From the NCBI GenBank assembly GCA_043228905.1, contig JBHGNT010000006.1, positions 16,740,001 through 16,804,000 on the forward strand: a stretch of 64,000 nt of DNA, read 5' to 3'. This DNA is from Azolla caroliniana. Its lineage: Eukaryota > Plantae > Polypodiophyta. This document shows, in pieces, positions 37,201-49,805 of this stretch (positions are counted from its first letter, which is position 1; each line of letters starts with the position of its first letter). The translations under genes were made by a program, and so were the position numbers. The notes beneath the pieces are model-generated. The model was not told where the DNA came from, searched no databases, and saw only the letters and a program-made list of their open reading frames with translations.

Positions 37201-38727
37201 GGACACGGGAGTTTTCTTAGGGATATCTGATGAGCCGAGGCAAAATTCCTATCCATGAAGCAAGAATTAGCTCCGGAATCTAGGAGTGCTAAGACATGTA
37301 TTGGAGGGGTACTTTTAGTATTAACGATTACTTGAGCTAAGAACACATTGCTAACTTGCTTAGAGGGAATGAAACCACTAATGGGATTCACAGACCTAGG
37401 GCTGTCTAACCAAACAACTCCTATTTTGGCTGGATTTAGTGGTTTAACTCTTCTTCTAACTGACTAAGGACATCAAATTTGTTTGATAGATTTGGGCTAT
37501 CAGTACTATTAGCACTATTAGGACTATTTGGTTTAGTACAATTAGAACTAGAAACTATTTGGTTTACCTGCCTTCTTGGCCTATGGGGACAGTTCACTAC
37601 AATAAAGACATAGTCAATTTGCTCAGCATCACTGCTTTTCCTCTTCCAATAATGGTTCGCGACGACTTGTAGTGTCAATTTCCATCAGAGTTGGAGTATT
37701 AATTGGAGACGCATTATATGACCCTTGGAAAAGGTTTTGCTACCATTGAGGCGTAGGTGGGCTCTGGTCTTACCCTTGGCATCTAGAACTGACGTTCCGA
37801 ACGTTGTTCGAAAAGGCGGTTGTCACATTTCACTGTGCGACCAATTGCTTCTGTCAATGACTTTGGTTCTTCGAGAAAGGTCAAGAGTAAATCCTTGACA
37901 TCGTTACGTAGACCATAACGAAATTGCTCCATTAATGCTTAGTCATCCCAGGGGATATCGGAGGCGAGTAGATGGAAATCTGCAGCGTATGCAGAGGCTA
38001 GACGATCACCTTGACGTAATCGTCGGGGTTTTTTGATTGTTGTCCTTATGCTATCAGTATCTCCAAAATAGGCTTTAAACTCACTTATAAACTCTTCAAA
38101 ATTGTTTAGTAATGGAGATTCCTTTTCTAACAATGGAGCGAACCATGCCAAAGCTGAGCCACTTAACAACATGCCTACTAAACCCACTCGTGATGCATCG
38201 GTGGGATATCGGGAAGGATGCATTTGAATGACTAATCGTACCTACTTAAGGAATCCTCTAAACTGTGATTGCGTTCCATCAAATGTCATGGGAAGGCCGA
38301 TCTTGGGTTCTTTATGAATCCCTTGCATACTGGGTCCTTGTTGTTGCATTGCTACAATCGTTGCTTCGAGTTGTTGCACGCATAACGCTAGTTCCCCATG
38401 TTGTTGTTGCGTCTGCTGCTTTTCTAAGGAGATTTGTTGAAGATCCCCCAACAACCGTTGATTTTCTTGATCCAAAGCAAGGAACTTCTCTTTCAAGCAT
38501 TGCAACTCCGAGAGAATGGATTGATATTCTTGAGTGCTAACAGTGGCCATAAGATGAGAGGAAAGAGGAATACGAGATAAGTATGAAGGGAGGGAGACAT
38601 AAGAAGATAAAAGGAAGAAGAGAGGAGGGAAAAAATCGGTTCAAACTATCAAGAATAGTACTGAGACAAAGAGGAAATTAGTACTAAGAGATGAATATTA
38701 GTACTAAGAGGAAAAGAGGGTGTAGAA

Positions 38728-38770
<43 letters not shown>

Positions 38771-39050
38771 TATATTATGTGAAAGAGTATACAAGGATGG
38801 CTAGGAGGCTTAAGACTGGCGTTGAACCGATTTGGTTCGAAATAATGCCTTGTGCCTCCTTTTATAGTGTTCTCAGGAGTACTCTTGAAGTTTCTAGAAT
38901 GTTCTAGAGAAATCTGGAATATACATCAAATTTCTATAGTAAAACTTAAATAAAAATAACATCTTTCGTATTACAATATATAGTCTAATAGTCAAGAGCT
39001 CGACCCATGTAACATAAGGTCATGGGTTCGAATTTTTCCATATCATGACA

Positions 39051-40231
39051 ACAGTCGTGAGGAACGACTCCGTGCCCTCGTGGTCAAACAACAATAATAG
39101 CTCAATCGGAAGGTAGAAGAGACGCTCACTAATGGTTGGGAGGAATGGTCGGCTCAAGCTGCCGAACTCTAGGTTTTACGGGCCAACGTTGAGAATCGAA
39201 AGAAAGAGGGTTGCGGCTTCTACAAAATGGATGAAAACAACATCCAAATGGTCCGAGAAGACCTCACCGAGAACTTCCAAGCCTTGGCAAAAACGCACAC
39301 CACGGAAATTGGAAACCTTTTTGAAGAATTCAACGGCGACTAGTTGCTATTACTGATTGAAACGGAACGGACTTTCCAAGAAACCATTCCCGACAAGACC
39401 GAGGAAGATGAAATGAAGCCGGCACCAGACCAAGAAGAGGAAGCCCCCACTCCACCAGTAACAAGGCTAGATAATGAACACGAGCCTGATTTTTTGGCCG
39501 AACAGAACACACAACCCAAGTCGCAGCCAACCATCTCGGTAGCTTCAAAGGAGGACACAACCGTGCAACTCACCCCTAAGGGCATCCTTGCCATTTTGAC
39601 AGAAGACTGAGTGTACCATAGCCAAATTACGTTTTTCGTTTTTTTGTGTTCGACATGCTAAGGCACTGTCCCACGGGCATGCCAGGTGTTGTTCGTGGGC
39701 CAATGTTGTAAATTAAGTATGAAACAAATCCAAAGGTAGGCGAAGTAGGTAAAGGCAACCGAAATCAGGAAGTTAACAAAGAAAACAGCCAACCGAAATA
39801 TGTGCAACCGAAAACAAGGGAAGACTGAAGCACGCAGAGCGAGAAGAAGGAAAAGAACTATAAAAAACGTGGAGCAGAACGAAGAAATGAGGGAGAGAGA
39901 AGATCTTATTAGCTGAGATAGCATATTCTGATACATAACTATATTTACTTCTGTCATAATTCCGGCCGTGAGCCGTGTACTGTGTTTTTTTTGGGAGTCG
40001 TAATACATATATAATTTTGGGGTCAAGACTCTGCTTTGTGTTAAGATCAATACGTAATTATCAATTCTTGAATTAAGATCTTGTCTAGGACTGAGTGCGC
40101 TAAACGTTCGTTGCACGGGCGGGTTGTAGAGCAATCCCACATGTATTTTGTTGTGTCCACCACGTACCACAACCCCCTTGGTCTGATTTCGGTAGGAAAT
40201 CAAAGGTATTGCTTTCAAAAAGGGAGAAACA
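39051..40231 (+). mobile_element. Gypsy G-family copy G4 (ORF3 C-terminus, 3' LTR 39687 to about 40231)
   Basis: GFYKMDEN...ILAILTED*; LTR starts TGTTG; right end inferred from the CCCCTTGG motif about 50 nt before the end, as in G1. Confidence 0.75.
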
Positions 40232-40232
40232 C

Positions 40233-40295
40233 AATGGATAAGGCACTTGACTTCTAATAAAGGGATTGTGGGTTCAAGTCCCACCGTGCGTGCCA
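40233..40295 (+). tRNA. Retrocopied tRNA-Arg(TCT), nt about 14-76 with CCA (pseudogene or retained primer)
   Basis: AATGGATAAGGC D-loop, CTTGA-CTTCTAA-TAAAG anticodon arm (TCT at 40253-40255), GTGGG-TTCAAGT-CCCAC T-arm, CGTGCGTG-CCA; 5' acceptor strand missing. Confidence 0.85.
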
Positions 40296-41136
40296 GGTGT
40301 TGTCCGTGGGGCAATTTTGTAAATTAATTATGAAATGAATCCAAAGGTAGGCGAAGTAGGTAAAGGCAACCAAAATCAGGAAGAAATCGAGAAACAGTCA
40401 GGTGAGAAAGCGGCTGAGAAGACGAGATTTGGCCCAAACACGGCCAAGAAGCTGAGCGACGACCAAACAAGAGTGGCCGAGGGATGACGCAACAGACAGT
40501 GACCGAATGAATAGCGGCAGACAAATGGTTGGAGGGACCGAAACGGACATCAACAAAGAAACAAAGACACCGACCGACAAAGCGACGAATGGTGATGGAG
40601 CCACGACCGAACAACGACAGACAACGTCAAACAAAGGCGGACGAAGATGACAACACATGGAAAGAAAATAGGGTTTGGAAAGAGGCAAGAGTGTGCGATG
40701 TCAAAACCAAGGATAAAAGGTAGAGTGATGGAAGAAGCATATTAGAGAACACGAGAAGAAAGGAACCAAATACTAAGAGAAGAATGGATGTATAAGATAG
40801 AGGAAGAAAGAGAATGGATACAAGATATGTAATGAGAGCTAAAGACTGGTGTTGATTCGAATTGATTTGAGAATACATGTATGCCCTTATTTATAGGTTC
40901 CTATAGAATAGCTTAGAGATTTCTAGAATGTTCTAGAATGTTCTAGAATGTTCTAGACCTAGAATGCTCTAGGTCATTCTAGAACATTCTAGAACAATCT
41001 AGAGTTTTTACAATAATCAATGTAATACAAGAAGTAGCTTTTATTGTTTCATATAACAATAAGTTATCTTAATGGTTGAGGTTTTCAAGTATGGATTACA
41101 AGGTTCGAGGTTCAAGTCCGGGTGACGCCATAATGG

Positions 41137-44100
41137 TCATGTGTTCATGACACTATCCCTCCTTCGAGAACACCGAGTGGAAGTCGGCGTTAACATTGTT
41201 GGGCCGGGCTTGTTTGGATAGTGACGATGGAAGTCGTTGACTAGAGCTTCAACATTACAAACGTTATCGATGGGTTCCCAAGTGTGATCACTCGGAGGAT
41301 AGCCAAGCCAATAAACTAGATAATAAAGCTTATTGCGCACAATCTGAGAATCGAGAATAGCAGCTACCTTGTATTCGGGGCCATCCACAAGTTGTACAGA
41401 AGGTGGTGGTGGCACGACACGATTAGGAATTAAAGAGGTGCGGCAAGGTTCCAAAAGAGAGCTATGAAAGACAGGGTGAAGCCGCATATGTGCAGGAAGG
41501 TTAAGACGAAATGTTGCATCATTAATCTGCGCCGTGATGACAAAAGGACCTAAGCGTTGATAGTCAAGCTTAGCACACGGTCGGGTAGTCTTGATGTGAC
41601 GATGAAGCAACCATACACGATCACCAACCTTAAACGGAGACTTAAGACGATGTCGATCGGCATTGGTCTTATGGTGTGCTTGCGCTTTCTGAAGATGTGA
41701 CGATAACTCGAACTAGATTTGTTGTAGTCGGTGGAGGTGATGCGCCGCACTAGGGTTTCGTGACACCTTGGGAAGATCCAATATACACCATCGAGGGTGC
41801 TTGCCGGTGTAGGCACAGAAAGGTGTAACTTTGGTAGAAGAGTGGACCGTGTTGTTGTATGCAAACTCGGCAAGATGTAAAATATTACTCCAATCATCTT
41901 GTTGATAACTAATGAAACATCGAAGATATTGCTCGAGCGTTTGATTTGTGCGCTCTGTTTGTCCGTCAGTTTGTGGATGATAAGCCGAAGAGAGTTTGCA
42001 AGAGATTTTGAGTCCTGCCCATAGGTGCTTCCAAAAGTGTGAGATAAATTGAGGACCTCGATCGCTAATAATATCATTCGGGAGACCATGATGGCGAAAC
42101 ACTTCACGCATAATGAGATCTGCAGTTTCTTCACTATTGATGGTCTTTACACATGGTACAAAATGTGCCATCTTGGTGAACCGATCCACTACTGTTAAAA
42201 TAGTATCAAAGCCTTTGGAAGGTGGCAAATCCGTAATGAAATCCATAGAAATAGACTGCCATGGCTTGTTGGGAGGGGGTAATGGTTGTAGTAAGCCATA
42301 AGGGTGATGCCGAGGTATTTTGGCGCGACAGTAGGTGTCACAAGTGTGAACATAATCTTCGACAAATTTTTGCAAGTGAGGCCACCAAAATGAACGTTTC
42401 ACCAGCTCAATGGTCTTGGAAATATCAAAATGTCTAGCCATGGGGGCATCATGACAATGTTCCAACACTTGAAGTCGGGGTGATCCGTCGGGGAGGAGAT
42501 TCTTGTAGAAGAGTAAGCCATCTTTCCACTTGAAGTCCTGATAATGTTGAGATGACCTTGGCAATGTGGAGCAAGATAGATGACTTGAACCACAGTGGGC
42601 TAAGACATCCTTAGCAAAATCATCCGAATGAAGTTGTTGCCGAATAGTGTCAAGAAGAGTAGAATCAAGTGGCGTGGCATAAATTGTTGTTACCTGTAGC
42701 TTTGATGGCCCGAGGAGAGTTTGCTTTTGATTGTCAAAGGCCGGATCTCCAGGTCGAAGTGCTAGATACGAACGCCGAGACAGAGCATCTGCTTTCCCTT
42801 GTTGTTTTCCGGGGCGAAAAATGATCTTGAAATCGAAACGCGTTAGAAATTGGGCCCACCGAGCTTGTCGTCTATTTAATACTTGAGCTGTTTGAAAATA
42901 TGTGAGATTTTTGTGATCACTATAAATGATAATCTGATGAGGTGATCCTTCTAGAAAATGACGCCATTGCTCGAATGAGTCGACCACAGCTAGTAACTCT
43001 TTGTCATGCACCTCATAGTTTATCTCCGAAACAGTAAATTTTCTCGAGTGAAACGCGACTGGATGTGTTTGCCCGTCCTCGCCTGGTTGCGATAGGATAC
43101 TCCCCAATGCAAAGTCTGATGCATCCGCCTCAATAGTAAATGGCTTTTCAGGATCAATATCTGCTAGGATGGGTGCTGATGTGAATGCCTCTTTCAGCTG
43201 CGTAAAAGCCTTGTCCACTTCGATACTCCAAAAAAATGCTTGATTTTTCTTGGTGAGTTGAGTAAGGGGCAACACAATGCTTGAATAATTATGTATGAAT
43301 TTGCGATAGAAGTTCGCAAATCCGAGGAAACACTGGACATCCCGAACTAAGCATGGGGGTTTCCATTCCAATATTGTTTGGACTTTTGTCGGGTCCATGA
43401 AAACACCCTGGGATGAAATAGTGTATCCCAAAAATTCGACTTGTTTGCAATCAAAACTGCATTTCTCAAGTTTGGCATAAAGACCATACTCCCTTAGGCG
43501 TTCAAGTACTTGCCGCACATGTATATCATGCTCCCCCTGTGTTTTAGAGTAAATCAATAGATCATCTAGGTAGATGATTAGAAAAATATCCAAGAAATCC
43601 CGGAAAATGTCATTTGCCATATGTTGGAATACTGCAGGTGCATTTGTGAGCCTGAAAGGCATGACTGTATACTCGAAATGACCATACCGAGTACGAAATG
43701 TTGTTTTCCACTCATCTCCTGGACGAATTCGAACAAGATTATATGCACCCCTTAGATCAATTTTGGTAAAATGCTTTGCCCCACCAATGCGTTCTAAGAG
43801 ATTGGAGATTAAAGGTAAAGCATACCTATTTCTTATGGTGATTTTATTTAAGCCTCGATAGTCCACGGCCAAACGAAGGGAGCCATCCTTTTTGTTCACA
43901 AAAAAGATAGGAGCACCAGTTGGAGACTTTGAATGTCGAATAAACCCATGTGCAAGATTTTCCTCGATGTATTCTTGAAGAACCTCAAGCTCAGTGGGTG
44001 ATAAATTGTAAATCGGACCCCACGGTGGCTCTTTTCCTAGTTGGAGATCAATAGGATAGTCGTACGGCCGATGCTTTGGAAGAACACTAATTTTGACTTT

Positions 44101-44760
44101 GTCGAAAACATCAGCATAGTCTTGATATTTTTTGGGAATTTGGATGTCTAAATTCCCTTAAATGACACTAGAAGGTGTCACTGATACTGCAAATAAGAAA
44201 AGGTCCTCCTTGCCTCCCACTTGGCGCAATTGTTGCAATGTGATGGCTGAAATTTGATGAGAAGGATATGGTGCATCGGTAGAACTATATACTTTAGGAG
44301 GATAATCCCGAGTTCGATCCTTGACAATGATATTTACTGCTAAAGGGCACCTAATTTCTCGTTTCCTCCAATCGATTCTAGGGTTATGTAGCTTGAACCA
44401 TGGCAAACCGAGGACAATTGGATGCTCAGGACTACGGATTATGTTAAAGGAAACTACACATCCTAAATCACCCAAGAGTATGTGTATTGGCTCAGACTCT
44501 TCAAATATCTTCCCGGAAGCTATGGGGCATCTATCAATCACTACTACGGAAACTGGACAAGGAAGTGTATGCAAGGATATTTGGTGTTTTTGGGCAAAAT
44601 CTCTATCCATGAAACAAGAATTGGCTCCAGTATCTAAGAGGGCTTGGACTTGAAGTTGACAACTAGGTGTCCTAACTTGTACTAGGGCTGAGAAGACTCT
44701 ACTAACATGCTTGGAAGAAATGGAACCCACACTAGGTTGTACATATCTAGGGTTGTCCAA
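41137..44760 (-). pseudogene. pol: T2 pol (PR-RT-RH-INT-chromodomain) with a few stops
   Basis: LLDTGAN, YLDDLLI, EADASD, TDGQTER, GPF, and chromodomain YKVAAILDSQIVRNKLYYLVYWLGY. Confidence 0.92.
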
Positions 44761-44804
44761 CCAAATGGCTCCTATTTTGGCCGGACTTATTCGTTTGACT
44801 CCTC

Positions 44805-45926
44805 TTATAATTGGCTTAGGACTTCAAATTTATTGGACAAGGGTGGATTATTCATAATATTAGATTCACTAACTGCTTCTAAAATGTTGGACTCATTTTT
44901 ATTGTCATAGTGAATTTGATTTACTTGACGTCTCGGCCTACGGGAGCAATGAATGGCTATATGTCCTGGACCTCCGCAATATAAGCACAAATGGTTTGCT
45001 CGACGACGTTGCTTCTCTTCATCTGACAACGGTCCTCGTCATTGAGTCATATCGATCTCCATGGGTGCAGGACTATCCATTGGGACTGGACTACGTGCTT
45101 GCCTTGGAGTTGGAGCAGGGCTATACATTTGCCTTGGGGATGATTGCGCTGTTACTGATGCATAAGTTGGTGTGGATCTTGATCTTGTTATTTGTTGTTG
45201 TCGCTCACATCGACGCTCAAAAAGGCGATTATCACACCGTATTGCTCGACTAATAGCTTCTGTAAGTGACCTTGGATCCTCGGGGAAGGTAAGAAGTAAG
45301 TCTTTGACATCACTACGAAGGCTTGAACGGAATTGCTCCATTAGGGCTTGTTCATCCCAAGGAATATCGCTTGCGATGAGACGGAAATTGGTAGCATATG
45401 TCGAAGCTGGTTGATCACCTTGACGAAGTGTACGAATCTTGTTGATAGCTGTTCTCGCCCCATCAGTATCTCCGAAACAAGCCTTAAATTCCTCGAAATT
45501 ATTCAGTAGAGGAGAATTGGTCTCTAGCAATTGAGCAAACCACGACAACGCTATGCCAGTCAATAAGGTGCCCACTAGCCCGACTCGTGATGCATCTGTT
45601 GGATAACACGCGGGATGCATTTGAATCACCAACCGTACTTGATTCAAATGTGCCCTCGACCCATCAAATTTAGCTGGGAGGCTAATTTTGGGCTCCTTGA
45701 TAAGTCCCTGACCTTCAACCCTTTGTTGTTGTAACACTACGATTTTCGACTCTAACTGTTGCACTCGTCGCATAAACTCCTCTTGTTGTTGTTGCTTCTC
45801 TATAGTAACCTTTTGTAGATCCCCAAGTAGACGTTGATTCTTTACTTCAAGAGATGCGAACTTGGATTTAAGGTTCTCCATTTCTGCAACAAGGGTGAGA
45901 TATTCTTCTGAGTTAATGGCAACCAT
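44805..45926 (-). pseudogene. gag: T2 gag (stop at 45039 before the zinc knuckle)
   Basis: [38 protein letters not shown]. Confidence 0.88.
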
Positions 45927-46999
45927 GGTTTCAGGATGGTTACAAAGGAGGATAAGAGAGAGAGAATTCGAATCAAACTGTCAAAACCAAGGATAAAAGG
46001 TAGAGTGATGGAAGAAGGATATTAGAGAACACGAGAAGAAAGGAACCAAATACTAAGAGAAGAATGGATGTATAAGATAGAGAAAGAAAGAGAATGGATA
46101 CAAGATATGTAATGAGAGCTAAAGACTGGTGTTGATTCGAATTGATTTGAGAATACATGTATGCCCTTATTTATAGGTTCCTATAGAATAGCTTAGAGAT
46201 TTCTAGAATGTTCTAGAATGTTCTAGAATGTTCTAGACCTAGAATGCTCTAGGACATTCTAGAACATTCTAGAATAATCTAGAGTTTTTACAATAATCAA
46301 TGTAATACAAGAAGTAGCTTTTATTGTTTCATATAACAATAAGTTATCTTAATGGTTGAGGTTTTCAAGTATGGATTACAAGGTTCGAGGTTCAAGTCCG
46401 GGTGACGCCATAATGGTCATGTGTTCATGACATGCGAGGGGAAGAATTTGTGTAAGAAAGAGAAGAAAGAGAAAGAAGAGAAGGATGAAGAGGAAACACC
46501 GACGACATCAGCGGAAGGAGGAAACACGGAGATGAATGCAAAAGAAGAAGAAGAAGAAGCTCCAACAGCAGTAGAAGTAGAGAAATGATCAAGAGAAAAA
46601 TCATGGAAGAACAAGGCAGAAACTACATAGAGAAGAAGAAAGTGATGAAGAAGTGAAAAATAAGAGATGATGCAGAAAAAAGAAAAAGATAGAGAGAGAG
46701 GGACAAAGAAAGAACGAAAGATACCTATAAAGAGAGGTTACCGGGACAAATTTTCAAAAGCTCAAGGGCCCCCACAATTAGAATTTAGAAAATAGGAGGG
46801 CAAATGCCTAAATTTTATAAATGCAATCAATAAAAATTTCAAAAGAAAGGGGTACGAGATAGAATTTCAGAATCTGAATGGGACAAAAACTTATCACCAC
46901 TCACTTTGAATTTCAGAAACTCAATGGGATAAAAACTTATAACCACTCAAAAATATATGTATACACATACACCCACAATTATTTTTAAACCTTGAACGA

Positions 47000-48327
47000 T
47001 TTTAGCATAGTGGACGAGCCGATTGGTATGTGATCCAATCGTGCGATATGCTGACCGAACAAGAAGGTTCATGTCAAGCCAGCTCCGATCGAAGTTATCC
47101 ATCATAGAGCAGTGTTCTAGTCGAGGGATTTCCGACTGTCAAGAGAAGACTGATGGAGTTTCCGGTCAACGAGTTTTTGGCATAGGCTTTGTGGGTTCGA
47201 TGTGCAATGCAGTCTCCCACGGGTGTGCCAGGTGTTACCCGTATAGGTGTATGGGAGGGTTAGGTGTAATGTGTAATATGAAATGTGAACGTGTGAGTGT
47301 TAGGTGGGGTAAGTAGGTGTAACTACACCCATTCAACTTTTTGTAATGATCACATCTTGTCCTATTTAAACCCCACCCGTGGGGCATGAAAAAAAAGACA
47401 AATATATTAAAGTTACCCTCAACGTGTTTGTCTCCCTCCCTCTCATTCATTCTCTAAAGAGTATATAGATACATTACAAAAGTCAAGAATATGCCGAATC
47501 ATCGATTACCACATCTTGCTTGGAATATTAGATGTAAGCTACAAAAGAATCATAAAAGTAAGATTCTCTCATCTGGTTGGGTTGTTGACATAAGCAAATT
47601 ATTAGAAGATGGGGTGTGGATGATCTTTTAGAGCTTTCAGGCAATGCTATGCAGTATGTAATGATTGAGGAAAGGTTGGTGGAATCATTAAGGATGAAGT
47701 GGGAGGATGCTAAGAGGACACAGCTAGAATACTACATTGCAAATGGCAACCCTGAATGTTGGTCTCAATATAAAGCAAGAATGTCTATTGATCGCATCCA
47801 ACCTTATCTCATTACCAATATGAGTAGTAATGCTTGCATTGCCCTTACACTACTTCGCACTCGATCTCACAAGTTGGGTATTGAAGTTGCATCATTGTAT
47901 CAAAATGTAACGAATTTGAAGACATGTAAAGTATGCAATGAAGGCATGGTAGAGGATGAATGTCACTTGCTCTTCACATGCTCCACATATAGTGCAATTC
48001 GTTCAAGATATGGTGACATACTAAGAGGGAGTGATAACTTAAGATCCATACTTAAGACACCACCTAGAAGGTTGAGCCCATATGTGTATGCTTTATTAAC
48101 ACATAGAGACTTTGTGCTTCAACATATGAATACCCCTTCTTAGGAAGGAGACATATATCAAGAACACAAGTATACTCTGGTCCCATAGGTCAAAATTGGC
48201 CTCTTTATGGATGATAAAAATTCTAATTCTAATTCTGTGCATCTCTCTCTCCCTCTCTCCCCTCACATTCGAACCCCCTTGGGAGGGGGGTGGAGCCGAT
48301 CTTGGCTCCACCCCCCAGCCATCAATA
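47000..48327 (+). mobile_element. Gypsy G-family copy G5 (3' end and LTR from 47233, interrupted by a LINE)
   Basis: Same tRNA-like module followed by GG-TGTT; CCCCTTGG and CAGCCAT LTR-end motifs at 48274-48324 resemble G1. Confidence 0.6.
47480..48236 (+). mobile_element. 5'-truncated LINE (RTE/RTEX-like) 3' end
   Basis: MPNHRLP; ORF 47616-48143 with LRTRSHKLGIE...CKVC...VEDECHLLFTC zinc motif; (AATTCT)3 tail at about 48218-48236. Confidence 0.75.
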
Positions 48328-49805
48328 GTGGGCCAATGTTTTCACCCGTTAACTCCGCGACGTTCCTGAATGGATTTGGGGGTGTGGGTCCCAAGTATGG
48401 TTTGAGTCGAAAGCCGTTGACCTGTCGTCGTAAAATTTCCCCAGCGAGAGTGTTGAGCTTGAAGGTGTTGTTTCCGATGCCAACTATCTAATACGGCCCC
48501 GTCCACTGGAATCGGAGTTTGCCCGACATTTTTCCCATGCATGTTTGGAACACGACTACGGCTTTTCCAATTTCGAAAAATGTCTCATTACACCCGCGAT
48601 GCTAGTCGATGAATGCTTTGCGACACCGTTGTTCCTGTTCCAGAATCGGATGTTGAGTGCCATGTTTTCGCCGAGTTCAAGGAGTTGTTGTAGCCGTAGT
48701 TGTTCCGACTGTGTTTCAAGAAGGCATTCCCGGATCTGTATCCGCAGACTTGGAATCTGGAATTCAACCGGCATTACCGTTTCGAGACCAAAGGCTAACC
48801 GGAACGGGGTGGTCTGGGTGTTGGTTTTAAAACTTGTTCGATATGCCAATAGGGCACTTTGAAGCTTTGTATCCCATTCAATGCGGTTGTCGTTGACGAT
48901 CTTCTTCAAAATGTTCTGGAGAGTTTTGTTCGTCGACTCCGCAAGCCCATTCACCTGAGGGGAGTATGGGGTGCTCTTCTTGTGCACTACAGTGTAGTGG
49001 TTGGTAAGCCCATATATGACCTTATTTAGAAAATGGCCTCCTTGATCACTTATGAGTTCGATAGGACAACCAAACCGACACTAGATGTTCTTGTACAATA
49101 ATTTTGTGGTGGACACTGACGTGTTGTCCCGTAATGCTTTGGCCTCAACCCACTTTGTGCAATAATCCGTTGCAACCAAGATGTATTTATTTCTTGTGTG
49201 TGCCGCAACTGGGGTAAATGGGCCAATGAAATTGAGGTCCCATTTTTGAAATGGATCTAATGGGAGAACGGGTTGATGAGGCATTCCTGCTCGTTCCGTG
49301 GGTTGTCCCATTCACTAACATAAGTCGCATTGACAACAATACGTATGGGCATTCTTTTGTGTGGTTGGCCACCAAAGACCACTCTGCCAAATATTTGGTG
49401 TGGTGGCATCGCAAGCGTAATGTCCCCTGGCTATTCCACAATGCACTTTACATAACACGACCTCTTTCTCATCTCTTCGAACACATTGTTGCCAAATGTC
49501 GTCGCTCCCTTTGTGATATAGGGTTCCCGCTATTAGGAAAAAGTTCCTACTACGGACCGCCAATCACTTCTTCTCATCCGTTCGCATTTGTGGTGGCGGT
49601 AAGCCGATGGTCACGAAGTGGCGCATAAGTCGGTGATCCATGTGGAAAACGAATTGTTGCTAGTGACAAAATTTATTGATGCTATATATAATACCTAAAG
49701 CTTCACACTCGGTCGTGGAGTAATTGCGTTCGGTGATTGAAAGTTTCCAGCTCGAGTAATAAACTGGCTGATACCAATTTGGTTTGGTGAGCTCCATAAG
49801 CGCGT

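Larger units (their letters stand above)
28522..39050 (-). mobile_element. Tcn1-like chromovirus T1, degraded (5' LTR 38647-39050; left LTR truncated to 28522-28595); hosts Copia C
   Basis: Gag 37939-38550, LLDSGANS protease, RT 36390-36965, chromodomain EYEVATILDSKIVRNKLYYLV...TWE in 28588-29163; self-priming PBS GTTTGAACCGATTT. Confidence 0.9.
40699..46432 (-). mobile_element. Full-length Tcn1-like chromovirus T2
   Basis: LTRs 40699-41152 and 45979-46432 (454 bp, 4 differences seen); TSD TGCGA; PPT GAAGGAGGGATAG; self-priming PBS GTTTGATTCGAATT. Confidence 0.96.
40298..46745 (+). repeat. G-family LTR (start similar to the G4 LTR), interrupted by chromovirus T2; right end uncertain
   Basis: First about 85 nt match 39687-39772; sequence resumes after the TSD at 46438; TATA-like CCTATAAAG near 46725. 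Confidence 0.55.

Noticed and set aside
40233-40295. Functional tRNA-Arg gene
   Set aside because: 5' acceptor strand missing, CCA encoded, no poly-T terminator; reported as a retrocopy instead
46745-46960. AT-rich segment with a 40-bp direct repeat, possibly a DNA transposon or MITE end
   Set aside because: No matching inverted terminus or TSD found
49766-49780. TGGTATCAG on the minus strand next to the E LTR, resembling an iMet PBS
   Set aside because: It is the W-Y-Q codons of G6 RNase H (PNWYQPVYY) and lies about 30 nt from the true LTR end at 49806
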